43,655 nucleotides of DNA from Oscillospiraceae bacterium (GTDB lineage Bacteria > Bacillota > Clostridia > Oscillospirales > Ruminococcaceae), in NCBI GenBank assembly GCA_045533025.1, contig JAZSHA010000019.1:1-43655 (forward strand), in the 5' to 3' direction. The first letter of the stretch is position 1. Every line of letters begins with the position of its first letter. Positions 24,801 through 33,020 of this stretch are shown here, piece by piece. The notes below the pieces were generated by a model. That model was not told where the DNA came from, did not search any database, and worked only from the letters and a program-made list of their open reading frames with translations. Made by a program: the position numbers and the translations under genes.

Positions 24801-25830
24801 TTCACCTGCAACTATGGAATGTCTGAAAAAGATTGACAGCTCCTCACATTATCTGCTGTCGCTGATAAACGATATTCTCGATATGTCACGAATTGAAAGC
24901 GGTAAGATGACAACGGAGGAAACCTACCTTAATCTTGATGAGCTTATCAATCAGATTGACACGATGATAAGGGTTCAGACCGACAACAAGGGTATATGGC
25001 TGAGAGTGGAAAATAAGATTGAACACCCTCACCTTCTTGGCGACCCGCTCAAGCTCAATCAGATACTCGTAAATATTATGGGCAATGCTGTTAAATTTAC
25101 AGGCAGCGGCGGTATTCATCTTAAAGTAATTGAGTCTGACGGTGATGATGAAAGTACAGTTAACATTTCCTTCTCTGTAAAGGATACGGGTATAGGCATC
25201 AGTGAGGAACATCTCGGCAAAATCTTCAATAACTTTGAACAGGCTGACACCGACACTGTCAGAAAATACGGCGGTACAGGTCTTGGTCTTGCCATCAGCA
25301 GCAATCTTGTTCAGCTTCTCGGCGGTAAGCTTGAGGTGCGCAGTGCGGTAGGCATAGGCTCGGAATTCTTCTTTACAATTCCGATGAAAATTACCGACGA
25401 GCCTGAAAACAATGGCTGCGGCTGTTCGGGAGAGGTTGATTTCACTTCAAAACGTATTCTCATTGTTGAGGACGACGAGCTGAACAGCGAAATCGCACGC
25501 ACTCTCATTGAAGCGGAAGGCATAACAGCTGAGCTTGCTGAAAATGGTCAGGTGGCTGTTGAAAAGTTCTGCGCCTCCGAGGAAAATTACTATGATGCAA
25601 TCCTTATGGATATCCGTATGCCTGTTATGGACGGCATCGAAGCTACAAAGCGTATCCGTAATTCGGACAGACTTGACGCATTTACTGTGCCGATTATTGC
25701 AATGACGGCAAACGCATTTGACGAGGATATGAAGAAATCCGTTGAATGCGGCATGAACGGACACCTTACAAAGCCGATTGATATGACAAAGGTAATGCAG
25801 ACATTCTGCAGAATATGGTCTGCAAAATAA
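21862..25830 (+). CDS. Hybrid sensor histidine kinase / response regulator with a large extracytoplasmic sensor, PAS-like, degenerate GGDEF, GAF-like, HisKA, HATPase and REC domains
   Basis: Two TM segments bracket an external domain of about 340 aa. The GGDEF-type domain starts near RRDPVTKFYTSEYGE, with the site reading RGGMDEF (residues 669-675). H-box SHEIRTPMNAIIGM (His958). N and G boxes GNAVKFT, DTGIGI, GGTGLGLAIS. Receiver domain ILIVEDD...ILMDIRMPVMDG (Asp1250)...LTKP. Confidence 0.9.
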   Translation: MKSNKNKSGERTPLMRKMIIPLLAVTILQAVIFYFSMSVSDTADELNSTSESLLAESSAKRALYVETEMTKKWNSISPITRAADKAYTAVASKYALSVKEFLGSDKYTSDFLTDISDDILAALRINSADGAFFVLANSTDAPDKKEQSSYRGILFNDSDPDYTPDDYSDMVMVRGSSKIADEYSVSLDMNWTDKFRYLPDSSNMDYFFVPAAAASENPYVSSDKLGYWSRPFYLTERNNFHGDMIIAYSEPVIIDNTLIGTAGITVSVDRIENLLPSTEATGSDNGCYALLSYSEGNNYITIDGVSETNNGLEQYTQKKIKFVSSKNSKLKKINDVKINGSQAYCAYTDLNLYPEDSPYEREKWAIGVVDSADEIYTDSSSFRTRLVIALLFSIAVGTATVYFTAKYSAKPLNELVKKIKTVGTNDVIDIVSTDISEIHALSETLNELSSKRTKYQNELITERERYLLALKNINENILEYDCATDIFYMHYFRGEDKNGNITTNQYPNFRKRVTDGEICHKDYISTMLDFTNGLVKESGTYFKIKAPGTEEKYIWTFARSRNVYDNEGNLIRIIASARDVTAEKELEQRRLDAERRDPVTKFYTSEYGEILLSRFIMEHNSDSAISAIVRIVGLDNMLNHYGQTFCSAVLEEIADVIRRNTPENYVVYRGGMDEFVMITTLTSRDEARTFFRKLIDEIAGIYNNESLKLESVVGAYLRMQDEPMSASKLKTRFASAAAYKFRDEFGGIVFADEVTNKADFVQDFRNVGPHRFMPFGNVKLEEVTDIISFAFNIFEKTDDIRIALEVFMKKAGRMLGMDRIIIFDMNSEYYTVRPTVQWNAPDMAALEVKNYFSGKAAYTEFESRFDGVEYKPTDKVIFERNTVGEGKTASDGTAYSVPMTDNDRFTGVIVYELHDKNDDEGMIACLCELTKIVSAYISKSKTTRESRAKSEFLSKMSHEIRTPMNAIIGMTAIAMSSDNVSPATMECLKKIDSSSHYLLSLINDILDMSRIESGKMTTEETYLNLDELINQIDTMIRVQTDNKGIWLRVENKIEHPHLLGDPLKLNQILVNIMGNAVKFTGSGGIHLKVIESDGDDESTVNISFSVKDTGIGISEEHLGKIFNNFEQADTDTVRKYGGTGLGLAISSNLVQLLGGKLEVRSAVGIGSEFFFTIPMKITDEPENNGCGCSGEVDFTSKRILIVEDDELNSEIARTLIEAEGITAELAENGQVAVEKFCASEENYYDAILMDIRMPVMDGIEATKRIRNSDRLDAFTVPIIAMTANAFDEDMKKSVECGMNGHLTKPIDMTKVMQTFCRIWSAK

Positions 25831-25833
25831 CTT

Positions 25834-26739
25834 TTGAAAGGTTGTTTTCATTTGCTTAAATTAAGCAGAAAAAATACAGCGGTACTGCTGATAATTCTTT
25901 CAGCGCTTTTCTTCACGGGAATGAACGCCTGCGTGCGTTTGTCGGGCGATTTGCCGCCTGTGCAGAAAAGCTTCTTCCGCAATTTTGTGGCAGCGATTTT
26001 TGCGGCGGTAACGCTGGCAAAAACGCATACTCCCGTAACAATTCCAAAGGGTTGCCGAGTGGCAATGCTTATGCGTGCGCTGTGCGGAACAATAGGTATA
26101 CTCTGCAATTTCTATGCGGTGGACAAGCTTTCCCTTGCGGACGCTTCAATGCTTAATAAACTTTCCCCGTTTTTTGCAGTAGTTTTCTCGATATTCATTC
26201 TGAAAGAAAAGACTTCCCCAAGGCAAATTTTTGCGGTTGTGATAGCTTTTATCGGCAGTCTGTTTATAATCCGCCCCACATTTTCAAACATGGAGCTTAT
26301 CCCGTCGCTGATTGGTTTTCTCGGCGGTGTAGCGGCAGGTGCGGCGTACACCTTCGTACGTTATATGGGTCAGCGGCAGGTAAAAGGACCTGTAATAGTA
26401 TTCTGCTTCTCGCTTTTCTCCTGTCTCTCAGTTCTTCCGGTTATGATTGCAGGATTTGTGCCGATGAACGGAAAACAGCTTCTTGCCCTTCTTCTTGCAG
26501 GACTTTTTGCAGCAGGTGGACAGTTCACCATCACGGGGGCGTACTCCTTTGCACCTGCGAAAGAGGTTTCCGTTTACGATTACTCTCAGGTTATTTTCTC
26601 GGCAATTGCAGGGTTCTTCCTGTTTGAACAGATACCCGTGCCGATGAGTATTATCGGATATGTGATAATCATTTCGGTTGCGGTTTGGACATTTATACAG
26701 AACAATAAATCTATTGACGAAAGGGTAAAGCAACAATGA
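25834..26739 (+). CDS. DMT-superfamily (EamA-type) transporter
   Basis: About 10 TM segments in two EamA-like halves. The start is uncertain: TTG 25834 or in-frame TTG 25852, with GAAAGG upstream. Confidence 0.8.
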   Translation: MKGCFHLLKLSRKNTAVLLIILSALFFTGMNACVRLSGDLPPVQKSFFRNFVAAIFAAVTLAKTHTPVTIPKGCRVAMLMRALCGTIGILCNFYAVDKLSLADASMLNKLSPFFAVVFSIFILKEKTSPRQIFAVVIAFIGSLFIIRPTFSNMELIPSLIGFLGGVAAGAAYTFVRYMGQRQVKGPVIVFCFSLFSCLSVLPVMIAGFVPMNGKQLLALLLAGLFAAGGQFTITGAYSFAPAKEVSVYDYSQVIFSAIAGFFLFEQIPVPMSIIGYVIIISVAVWTFIQNNKSIDERVKQQ

Positions 26740-27347
26740 AACTTATCTTCAAAGGAAAATTCAAATCATATGATGACCTGCCTAAAGGCAATCTGCCCGA
26801 AAATGCGGTAATGTTCAAGGAACCCAAATCAATGGTAATGGTAAATGTTGTTGCGCTTTTGATTTGTATTCCGATAGCGCTGATTATGTCTGTCCTGTTG
26901 TTCTTAACGGATAAATCAGAGTGTATGAAAAATGTATATTTTCTGGGACTTCTGATTGCGTTCCTGCTTACTATACCGCATGAATTTATCCACTCTGTAT
27001 GTATGGGCGGCAAGGATACGGTTGTTAATCTGTACTATTCGCTGAAACATTTTATGATGTTTGTTCAGTGCACAGAGCCAATGTCAAAGACACGTTTTAT
27101 AGTTATGAGCTTTGCGCCGTCATTTATTCTTGGTTGGGTGCCGTTTATTGTAGGACTTTTTCTTCCCGAAAGTACGTTTACAGGTGTTCTTCTTTCAGCG
27201 GGATTATGGGGGGCTTTGCTCGGCTGCGGTGATATGATCAATATTATCAATGCCACATTCCAAATGCCGAAGGGAAGCCTTACACAGATGTCAGGAATGA
27301 ACTCATACTGGTTTATGCCTGAGGATAAGGCTGAAGGCGATACTTAA
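26736..27347 (+). CDS. Membrane protein with an HExxH motif (putative zincin, DUF3267-like)
   Basis: 203 aa, about 4 TM, with IPHEFIHSV (HEFIH) at a helix boundary. ATGA overlap with the DMT gene. Confidence 0.6.
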   Translation: MKLIFKGKFKSYDDLPKGNLPENAVMFKEPKSMVMVNVVALLICIPIALIMSVLLFLTDKSECMKNVYFLGLLIAFLLTIPHEFIHSVCMGGKDTVVNLYYSLKHFMMFVQCTEPMSKTRFIVMSFAPSFILGWVPFIVGLFLPESTFTGVLLSAGLWGALLGCGDMINIINATFQMPKGSLTQMSGMNSYWFMPEDKAEGDT

Positions 27348-27364
27348 AGAAAGGCTGATTAAAC

Positions 27365-27931
27365 TTGTTCAGTAAAATTGATAATTACTTTGACCTCAAA
27401 CATAAAATATACGCGGCAATCGGCTCGGCGGCTTTTGCAATCGTGTGGCTGATTCTGTGGGATATGTTTCCTATGCAGTTCTACTCCATTTTTTGCGCAA
27501 GCCTCATCGGAAGCTTTATACAGCTTATCCTCCTCAACGCTGTTATTGCTCCGATTTTTCTGCTCATTTTTACTCTCATAACAAAGACTGATTTAAGCTT
27601 CTGCAAAACCGTTCCAATAAATATCGTCTGCATTTTCGGAATTGAGCTTCTTCGCCTTTTTATCGGCGTATACGGCTGGAGTATGTACCTGCTCATTGCA
27701 GGAATTCTCGTCCACGCAGCAATATGCTTGTGGGCGTTCGGGACAGCTCCAATCCGTGACAACAAGGCTCCGAAAGGAATGAAAGCACCTGCTCCCGAAA
27801 AGGAGCTTGCAATAAAAAAACAGCCCTTGATTACAGTAATCTGGGCTGTTACATTCGCATTTTCAATTGACGTGGTGTGCCTCTGGCTTTACCGTGTAAT
27901 GGCGCTTATCTATTATCCTGAAATGGCTTAA
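27365..27931 (+). CDS. Polytopic membrane protein, function unknown
   Basis: 188-aa ORF from a TTG start with about 5 hydrophobic segments. No motif recognised. Confidence 0.45.
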   Translation: MFSKIDNYFDLKHKIYAAIGSAAFAIVWLILWDMFPMQFYSIFCASLIGSFIQLILLNAVIAPIFLLIFTLITKTDLSFCKTVPINIVCIFGIELLRLFIGVYGWSMYLLIAGILVHAAICLWAFGTAPIRDNKAPKGMKAPAPEKELAIKKQPLITVIWAVTFAFSIDVVCLWLYRVMALIYYPEMA

Positions 27932-28761
27932 CTGTTAATCTTGACAACAATACACTGACTTCCATTTTCTTCAAAGCGATTAAGAAAGCTTTCCTTTGAG
28001 TAGGCTGTGATTTCGGTTTTGTCATCACAGTCCATAAAGTAGTAGCAATTGCTGTCATAGCCGCAAAGCACAAGGGTATGGGAGTTGCCAATCCAGGTGA
28101 ATTCCTCTCCCGTATCGTTGAGAAGCCACGTTGCAGGCTCACGGTATTTGTAGGGCTTCATTCCCCTGCTTGCCCATACTATCATCGGCACGCCTTCGTT
28201 AAGAAGCTTTTCAATGTCTGCCTCGTTGATATCTTCAAGGGACAGCGCTTCGTAGTCAGGGTCATGATGGGAGAAAAAGGTGTTCAGCGATTGCTCGATT
28301 ACGGGAGCGAAACAGCCATATCCCCAATCATACGGGTCACCTGCAAAAACCTTGTACGGGTCAGGACCGTGGGAAACCATATTTTCATCGTATGTAAAAT
28401 TATCGTCCTTAGGAAGATAATTTTCAGTCATATATATCTTGTCAACATCAAAACCAAGATACTGCAAAACCGCTGTTGCGCTGGTAATTTCACAGCCGAC
28501 AGGCAGCTCGGGAAACTGATTTATAATCGGCACGTCGATACTGACCATACCGAAAACCGACTCAGGCTTTTCGTATCCCTCACCAAGCTGTTCAACGGTA
28601 TATCCGCAGTAAAGTCTGTTAGGGTCGGCGTCAAGCTGTTCATAACGTTCAATTTCAGCTCTGCGTTCATCGTACACCTCGCCTGTGTAGGCATAATCGG
28701 CAATAACCGTGCACATGGCTGTACAGATTGCAAGAGTTGTTACAAGAACCTTATTTTTCAC
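27928..28761 (-). CDS. Anchored or secreted C39-like (papain-fold) cysteine peptidase
   Basis: Probable GTG start at 28761, with GGAGGTG upstream; the track ORF starts at 28776. N-terminal hydrophobic anchor. Candidate catalytic Cys in LPVGCEITSATAVLQY and His in GNSHTLVLCGYD. Confidence 0.72.
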   Translation of the reverse strand: MKNKVLVTTLAICTAMCTVIADYAYTGEVYDERRAEIERYEQLDADPNRLYCGYTVEQLGEGYEKPESVFGMVSIDVPIINQFPELPVGCEITSATAVLQYLGFDVDKIYMTENYLPKDDNFTYDENMVSHGPDPYKVFAGDPYDWGYGCFAPVIEQSLNTFFSHHDPDYEALSLEDINEADIEKLLNEGVPMIVWASRGMKPYKYREPATWLLNDTGEEFTWIGNSHTLVLCGYDSNCYYFMDCDDKTEITAYSKESFLNRFEENGSQCIVVKINS

Positions 28762-28852
28762 TTTGACACCTCCCATTGTTTTTCTACATTATAGCATATA
28801 ATTTTACTTTCCGCAAGACGGATAAAAGCATTCGAAAGGAGTATCACTATTT

Positions 28853-29692
28853 ATGACAGGACTTGTACTTGAAGGCGGCACATTCCGCGGGATTTACTCC
28901 GCAGGAATTATGGACGCTTTTCTTGAAGAGGGTATTGAATTTCCTTATGTTGTAGGTGTTTCCGCAGGTATTTCCAACGGCGTTTCCTACGTTTCAAAAC
29001 AATTCGGAAGAAATCTTGAAATTATGGATAAATTCCGCAACGACAAACGCTATATCGGTGTAGGCAACTACAAAAAGCATAAAAGCCTTTTCGGACTTGA
29101 TTTCGTGTACGGTGAAATTCCTCAGCAGCATATCCCGTTTGACTATGAAACCTTCCGTCAGTATAAGGGCAAATGTCTTGTAGGTGTAACAAACGCTCTT
29201 ACAGGCAAACCCGAATATCTTGATGCAATAGAGGATAACGAGGACTTTAATTTTCTCCGTGCAAGCTGTGCAATTCCGGGATATTTCCCTGCCATAATGA
29301 TTAATGATACACCTTACTATGACGGCGGACTTGCTTCACCGATTGCCGTAAAACAAGCACTTAAAGATGGCTGTTCAAAGGTAGTTATTATTCTTACTCA
29401 GCCTGAGGGATTTGTAAAAAAATGCGGCAAGGGCAATATGGTAATGAGTCAGCTTATAAAAAAGAAGTATCCGCAGATTGAAATGCTCCTTCTTGCACGC
29501 CACAAGATTTACAACAAGCAGATTGAATTCTGCAACGAACTTGAAAGACGCGGCAAAGCAATTATTTTCCGTCCCGAATATAAGCTTGAAAGCTTTGAAA
29601 GCGACAACAAGGTGCTTCGTGACAATTGGCAGATGGGTTACGATATGGGTAAGAAGCGTGCCGAGGAAGTGCGGAATTTTATAACAGAATAA
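28853..29692 (+). CDS. Patatin-like phospholipase
   Basis: Oxyanion motif GGTFRG, nucleophile elbow GVSAG (GxSxG), catalytic Asp in YYDGG. Confidence 0.88.
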   Translation: MTGLVLEGGTFRGIYSAGIMDAFLEEGIEFPYVVGVSAGISNGVSYVSKQFGRNLEIMDKFRNDKRYIGVGNYKKHKSLFGLDFVYGEIPQQHIPFDYETFRQYKGKCLVGVTNALTGKPEYLDAIEDNEDFNFLRASCAIPGYFPAIMINDTPYYDGGLASPIAVKQALKDGCSKVVIILTQPEGFVKKCGKGNMVMSQLIKKKYPQIEMLLLARHKIYNKQIEFCNELERRGKAIIFRPEYKLESFESDNKVLRDNWQMGYDMGKKRAEEVRNFITE

Positions 29693-29701
29693 GGTGATAC
29701 A

Positions 29702-29989
29702 ATGATTACGTATAAAAACATAATCGGTAAAATTATTCTTGTGGGAATTACTTATTACACTCACGATGAACAGCTTATCGAACGCAAGCAGTTTTACGGA
29801 AAAATAATTTCCGCTGACAGAAAAAACGGAATTACCTTTCTTAAACAAGATGGTGAGGAATATACTCTTCCGCCTGATTTGAGAAATATAAAGATTGCTC
29901 CCAAAGGAGAGTACAAGCTTCATTCAACAGGTGAGGTCGTTGTAAATCCCGATTTGCTTTCGACGTGGAATTTATATGCACCTGAATAA
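29702..29989 (+). CDS. Hypothetical protein (95 aa)
   Basis: AAGGTGA ribosome-binding site; 9 nt after the patatin stop. No motif recognised. Confidence 0.5.
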   Translation: MITYKNIIGKIILVGITYYTHDEQLIERKQFYGKIISADRKNGITFLKQDGEEYTLPPDLRNIKIAPKGEYKLHSTGEVVVNPDLLSTWNLYAPE

Positions 29990-30037
29990 TTTCAGAAAAA
30001 ACGCAAACCCTATTTCCGTGAAAGGAAGTAGAGTGTT

Positions 30038-30211
30038 ATGCGTAAGTATGAAAATCTTGACAGCCTGCTAAACGAGTGCAGTACTGCAAAAATTTATTTC
30101 ACATCGCTCCCCGATTATGTACGAGGTGCGGTACTGAAAAACAGCAGTAATATCCGCACCGAAGAAGAGCTGCACCGCATTGCCGAAAGTACAATGCACG
30201 AATTTAACTGA
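30038..30211 (+). CDS. Small ORF (57 aa) below the ORF-track cutoff
   Basis: My translation: MRKYENLDSLLNECSTAKIYFTSLPDYVRGAVLKNSSNIRTEEELHRIAESTMHEFN. AAAGGAAG sits 9 nt upstream, and a strong terminator follows directly. Confidence 0.45.
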   Translation: MRKYENLDSLLNECSTAKIYFTSLPDYVRGAVLKNSSNIRTEEELHRIAESTMHEFN

Positions 30212-30220
30212 TAACTGAAA

Positions 30221-30253
30221 AAACGGTATCCCAACTTATATGGGATACCGTTT
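30221..30253. terminator. Bidirectional intrinsic terminator
   Basis: AAACGGTATCCCA (30221-30233), loop ACTTATA, TGGGATACCGTTT (30241-30253). An A-run precedes it and CGCTTTTTATTT follows. Confidence 0.82.
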
Positions 30254-30263
30254 CGCTTTTTAT

Positions 30264-31550
30264 TTATGCTTCAAGAAGCTTCTCAACGGAAGCAAGCTTC
30301 AAACTGATACAGAAAATATTCATTGCCTGTTCAAGCTCACTTACTGGTGGGTAAGTAGGAGCAATTCTGATGTTCTTGTCAGCTGGGTCCTTGCCATATG
30401 GGAAGGTTGCACCTGCGCCTGTGAGGACTACGCCAGCTTCCTTACAGAGCTGAACTGTTCTCTTTGCACAGCCGTCAAGTGTGTTGACAGATACAAAGTA
30501 ACCGCCGTTCGGCTTGTTCCATTCGAGGATACCGAGCTCGCCGATTTCTTTATCAAGCATATCGAGAACCATATTGAACTTTGGTGCGAGGATTGCCTTG
30601 TGCTTAGCCATGTGAGCCATAATGCCATCCATATCCTTGAAATACTTCACGTGACGAAGCTGATTGATTTTATCGTAGCTAATGCACTGGATACCCATAA
30701 GTGCGGCAATCTGATTGATGTTGTTCACGGAGCCAGCCATTACTGCAACACCTGCGCCAGGGAAGGAAATCTTGGAAGTCGAAGCAAAGATGAACACCAT
30801 ATCTTCCTTGCCAGTCTTCTTGCATTCTTCAAGAATGTTGAGGATACGGTCAGGAGCGTCCTTGAGGTAGTGCACGCAGTAAGCGTTGTCCCAGAAAATT
30901 CTGAAGTCCTTAGCCTTTGGAGAAAGGTTTGCAAAGCGTCTTACTGTTTCGTCGGAGTAAACAATTCCGTCAGGGTTGGAGTAGAGAGGTACACACCAGA
31001 TACCCTTGATTGCTTCGTCCTCTGCAACAAGCTTTTCAACCATATCCATATCAGGACCGTCATTTTTCATTGGCACTGTAATCATTTCGATACCAAAAGT
31101 TTCGCAGATTGCAAAGTGCCTGTCATAGCCAGGTGCAGGACAGAGGAACTTTACCTTATCGCACTTGCCCCAAGGCTTTTCGCTGCCGTAAACGCCGTGT
31201 GTAACAGCTCTTGCAACTGTATCGTACATAAGGGAAAGGCTGGAGTTACCGCCGATGATGATTTCGTCTGTACCAACACCGAGAAGTGCACCGAAAAGCT
31301 TCTTTGCATCAGGAATACCTGTCAGCATACCGTAGTTACGGCAGTCTGTGCCGTCATCAGCAATCATACTTGCGGAGTTTGTGAACACGTCAAACATAGG
31401 CATTGCAATGTCAAGCTGGTCAGCACCCGGCTTACCTCTGGACATATCAAGCTTCATGCCCTTTGCCTTGTACGCCTCATACTCCTTTTCGCACTCCGCC
31501 TTGAACGCGGAAAGCTGTTCCTTACTCATTTCTGTAAGCTTCATAACCAT
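30264..31550 (-). CDS. PLP-dependent aminotransferase (fold type I; aspartate aminotransferase-like family)
   Basis: 428 aa. The candidate PLP lysine context is FASTSKISFPGAGVA. The composition is coherent, unlike the Cys/His-rich antisense ORF on the plus strand. Confidence 0.82.
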   Translation of the reverse strand: MVMKLTEMSKEQLSAFKAECEKEYEAYKAKGMKLDMSRGKPGADQLDIAMPMFDVFTNSASMIADDGTDCRNYGMLTGIPDAKKLFGALLGVGTDEIIIGGNSSLSLMYDTVARAVTHGVYGSEKPWGKCDKVKFLCPAPGYDRHFAICETFGIEMITVPMKNDGPDMDMVEKLVAEDEAIKGIWCVPLYSNPDGIVYSDETVRRFANLSPKAKDFRIFWDNAYCVHYLKDAPDRILNILEECKKTGKEDMVFIFASTSKISFPGAGVAVMAGSVNNINQIAALMGIQCISYDKINQLRHVKYFKDMDGIMAHMAKHKAILAPKFNMVLDMLDKEIGELGILEWNKPNGGYFVSVNTLDGCAKRTVQLCKEAGVVLTGAGATFPYGKDPADKNIRIAPTYPPVSELEQAMNIFCISLKLASVEKLLEA

Positions 31551-31789
31551 TTCTTCCCTTTCGATTTATATTATTAACATTATATGCAACATTCTGAAAT
31601 TGTATCGTCACAAAATACAGTTGTTTTTCCTGCACGTACAATTTTTCTTTGCAGTCTATTTTATATAATAATACAAAACCGTATGTTTTGCAAGCTTTTT
31701 TTGCTTCACTTGCAAAATATCGCCCCTTTGAACATATCGCGCTTCAGTTTTGAATTCCCCCGATGTGAATATTGCACTAAAACCACAGA

Positions 31790-31818
31790 TTGACAAGTTG
31801 GGACAAATACAATATAAT
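31790..31818 (+). promoter_or_regulatory. Consensus sigma-A promoter for dut
   Basis: TTGACA (31790-31795), 17-nt spacer, TATAAT (31813-31818). Confidence 0.7.
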
Positions 31819-31836
31819 GGTATGAGAGGTGATAAT

Positions 31837-32349
31837 ATGGAACGTATCGCAAAATTTGAAAAGGTAAGCTTTGGGCAGTTTGCGGCGGATTGGAGCAATA
31901 ATTTCCCCGACTGCACCGAGGAGAAAATAAAAGAAATCTACGCGGCTATTTCCCTGCCCGCTCGTGCTACGGCTGGGTCAGCGGGGTACGACTTCTGTCT
32001 GCCTGACGAAATCAGCCTTGAAGCTGGCAAGGGTATTCTTATTCCAACAGGTATCCGTGCAAAAATTGCTGACGGGTGGGTGCTGAACATCTATCCGAGA
32101 AGCGGACTGGGCTTCAAATTCCGTTTGCAGCTGGACAACACCGTGGGAATTATCGACGCTGACTATTACAATGCGGCAAATGAGGGACACATTATGGTCA
32201 AGGTTACAAACGACGGACGTCACGGCAAAACGCTGTCCCTTGAACGTGGAAAAGGCTTTGCGCAGGGAGTGTTCCTGCCGTTTGGGATAACCGTTGACGA
32301 CGAGGCTGACGGTGAGAGAGTCGGCGGGTTTGGGAGTACGAATGTGTAA
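31837..32349 (+). CDS. dut: dUTP diphosphatase (trimeric dUTPase family)
   Basis: Start refined to ATG 31837, with GAGGTGA upstream. Motifs GSAGYDF, YPRSGLG, GIIDADY and C-terminal ERVGGFGSTN. Confidence 0.85.
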   Translation: MERIAKFEKVSFGQFAADWSNNFPDCTEEKIKEIYAAISLPARATAGSAGYDFCLPDEISLEAGKGILIPTGIRAKIADGWVLNIYPRSGLGFKFRLQLDNTVGIIDADYYNAANEGHIMVKVTNDGRHGKTLSLERGKGFAQGVFLPFGITVDDEADGERVGGFGSTNV

Positions 32350-32453
32350 GCGGTTGCATTTCGGTTACAAATTTTTACAATGTGGTACAATTATTGAAAA
32401 GCCCCTTTTGTAGTGGTACTATTAAGGTAACACGACAGAAGGGGTTTTGTACT

Positions 32454-32948
32454 ATGAAGAAAAAATATTTAATTATATTGTTCACTGTAATTGCCGTTCT
32501 TGCATTTGTGTTATGCTTTTTCTGCAAACCTATTTACTATCGTTTATATCTTGGTAACAGAATTACGGGCAGTGTGCAATTAAGCGTTGACGGCAAACTG
32601 ATAACGCTTGATGAAAATTGTTTTATCACGGTCGAAGATAAACATTCAGTACAGCAGAATGGTGATGCACTTGATATTGCTTTGAGAGGCGGCGATTACG
32701 GAAATTATGGATTTGAAATCGAAGTACCTAACTTTTCTGAAAAAATAAGAGTTACAATTATGCAGTTCAACTGGTGGAATGTAATTAACTATGATATTGA
32801 CATTGCTATTGATACAACAAATCAAAATGTGACATACACCTATTTTTACGCAACTGTTGCGGAAGATGGGAAATCACTTTATGAAAGCGGGACAAAAACA
32901 GATTGTATTGGGAAAGATAATTTGGAAATATATATAGGAGGGGCGTAA
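32454..32948 (+). CDS. Hypothetical N-terminally anchored protein
   Basis: Start taken at MKKKYLIILFTVIAVLAFVLCFF, with GAAGGGG upstream. One TM plus a beta-rich domain of about 130 aa. Confidence 0.5.
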   Translation: MKKKYLIILFTVIAVLAFVLCFFCKPIYYRLYLGNRITGSVQLSVDGKLITLDENCFITVEDKHSVQQNGDALDIALRGGDYGNYGFEIEVPNFSEKIRVTIMQFNWWNVINYDIDIAIDTTNQNVTYTYFYATVAEDGKSLYESGTKTDCIGKDNLEIYIGGA

Positions 32949-32968
32949 AAATTATTTTCAAAAACCCC

Positions 32969-32997
32969 TTGCAATCCGCAAAAAAATGTGGTATAAT
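32969..32997 (+). promoter_or_regulatory. Promoter of the rimP-nusA-infB operon
   Basis: TTGCAA (32969-32974), 17-nt spacer ending in TGG, TATAAT (32992-32997). Confidence 0.68.
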
Positions 32998-33020
32998 AAT
33001 TGCAACAGAATAAGATGTAC

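Noticed and set aside
28853-29692. The patatin-like lipase as a CBASS-type (CapV-like) defence effector
   Set aside because: No cyclase or nucleotidyltransferase, and no other defence-associated gene, is adjacent. It looks like a stand-alone lipase with ordinary neighbours.
30240-31577. 445-aa plus-strand ORF, longer than the minus-strand ORF it overlaps
   Set aside because: Its translation is Cys/His/Val-rich with no recognisable motifs and no ribosome-binding site. The minus-strand frame encodes a coherent PLP aminotransferase. This is an antisense shadow ORF.
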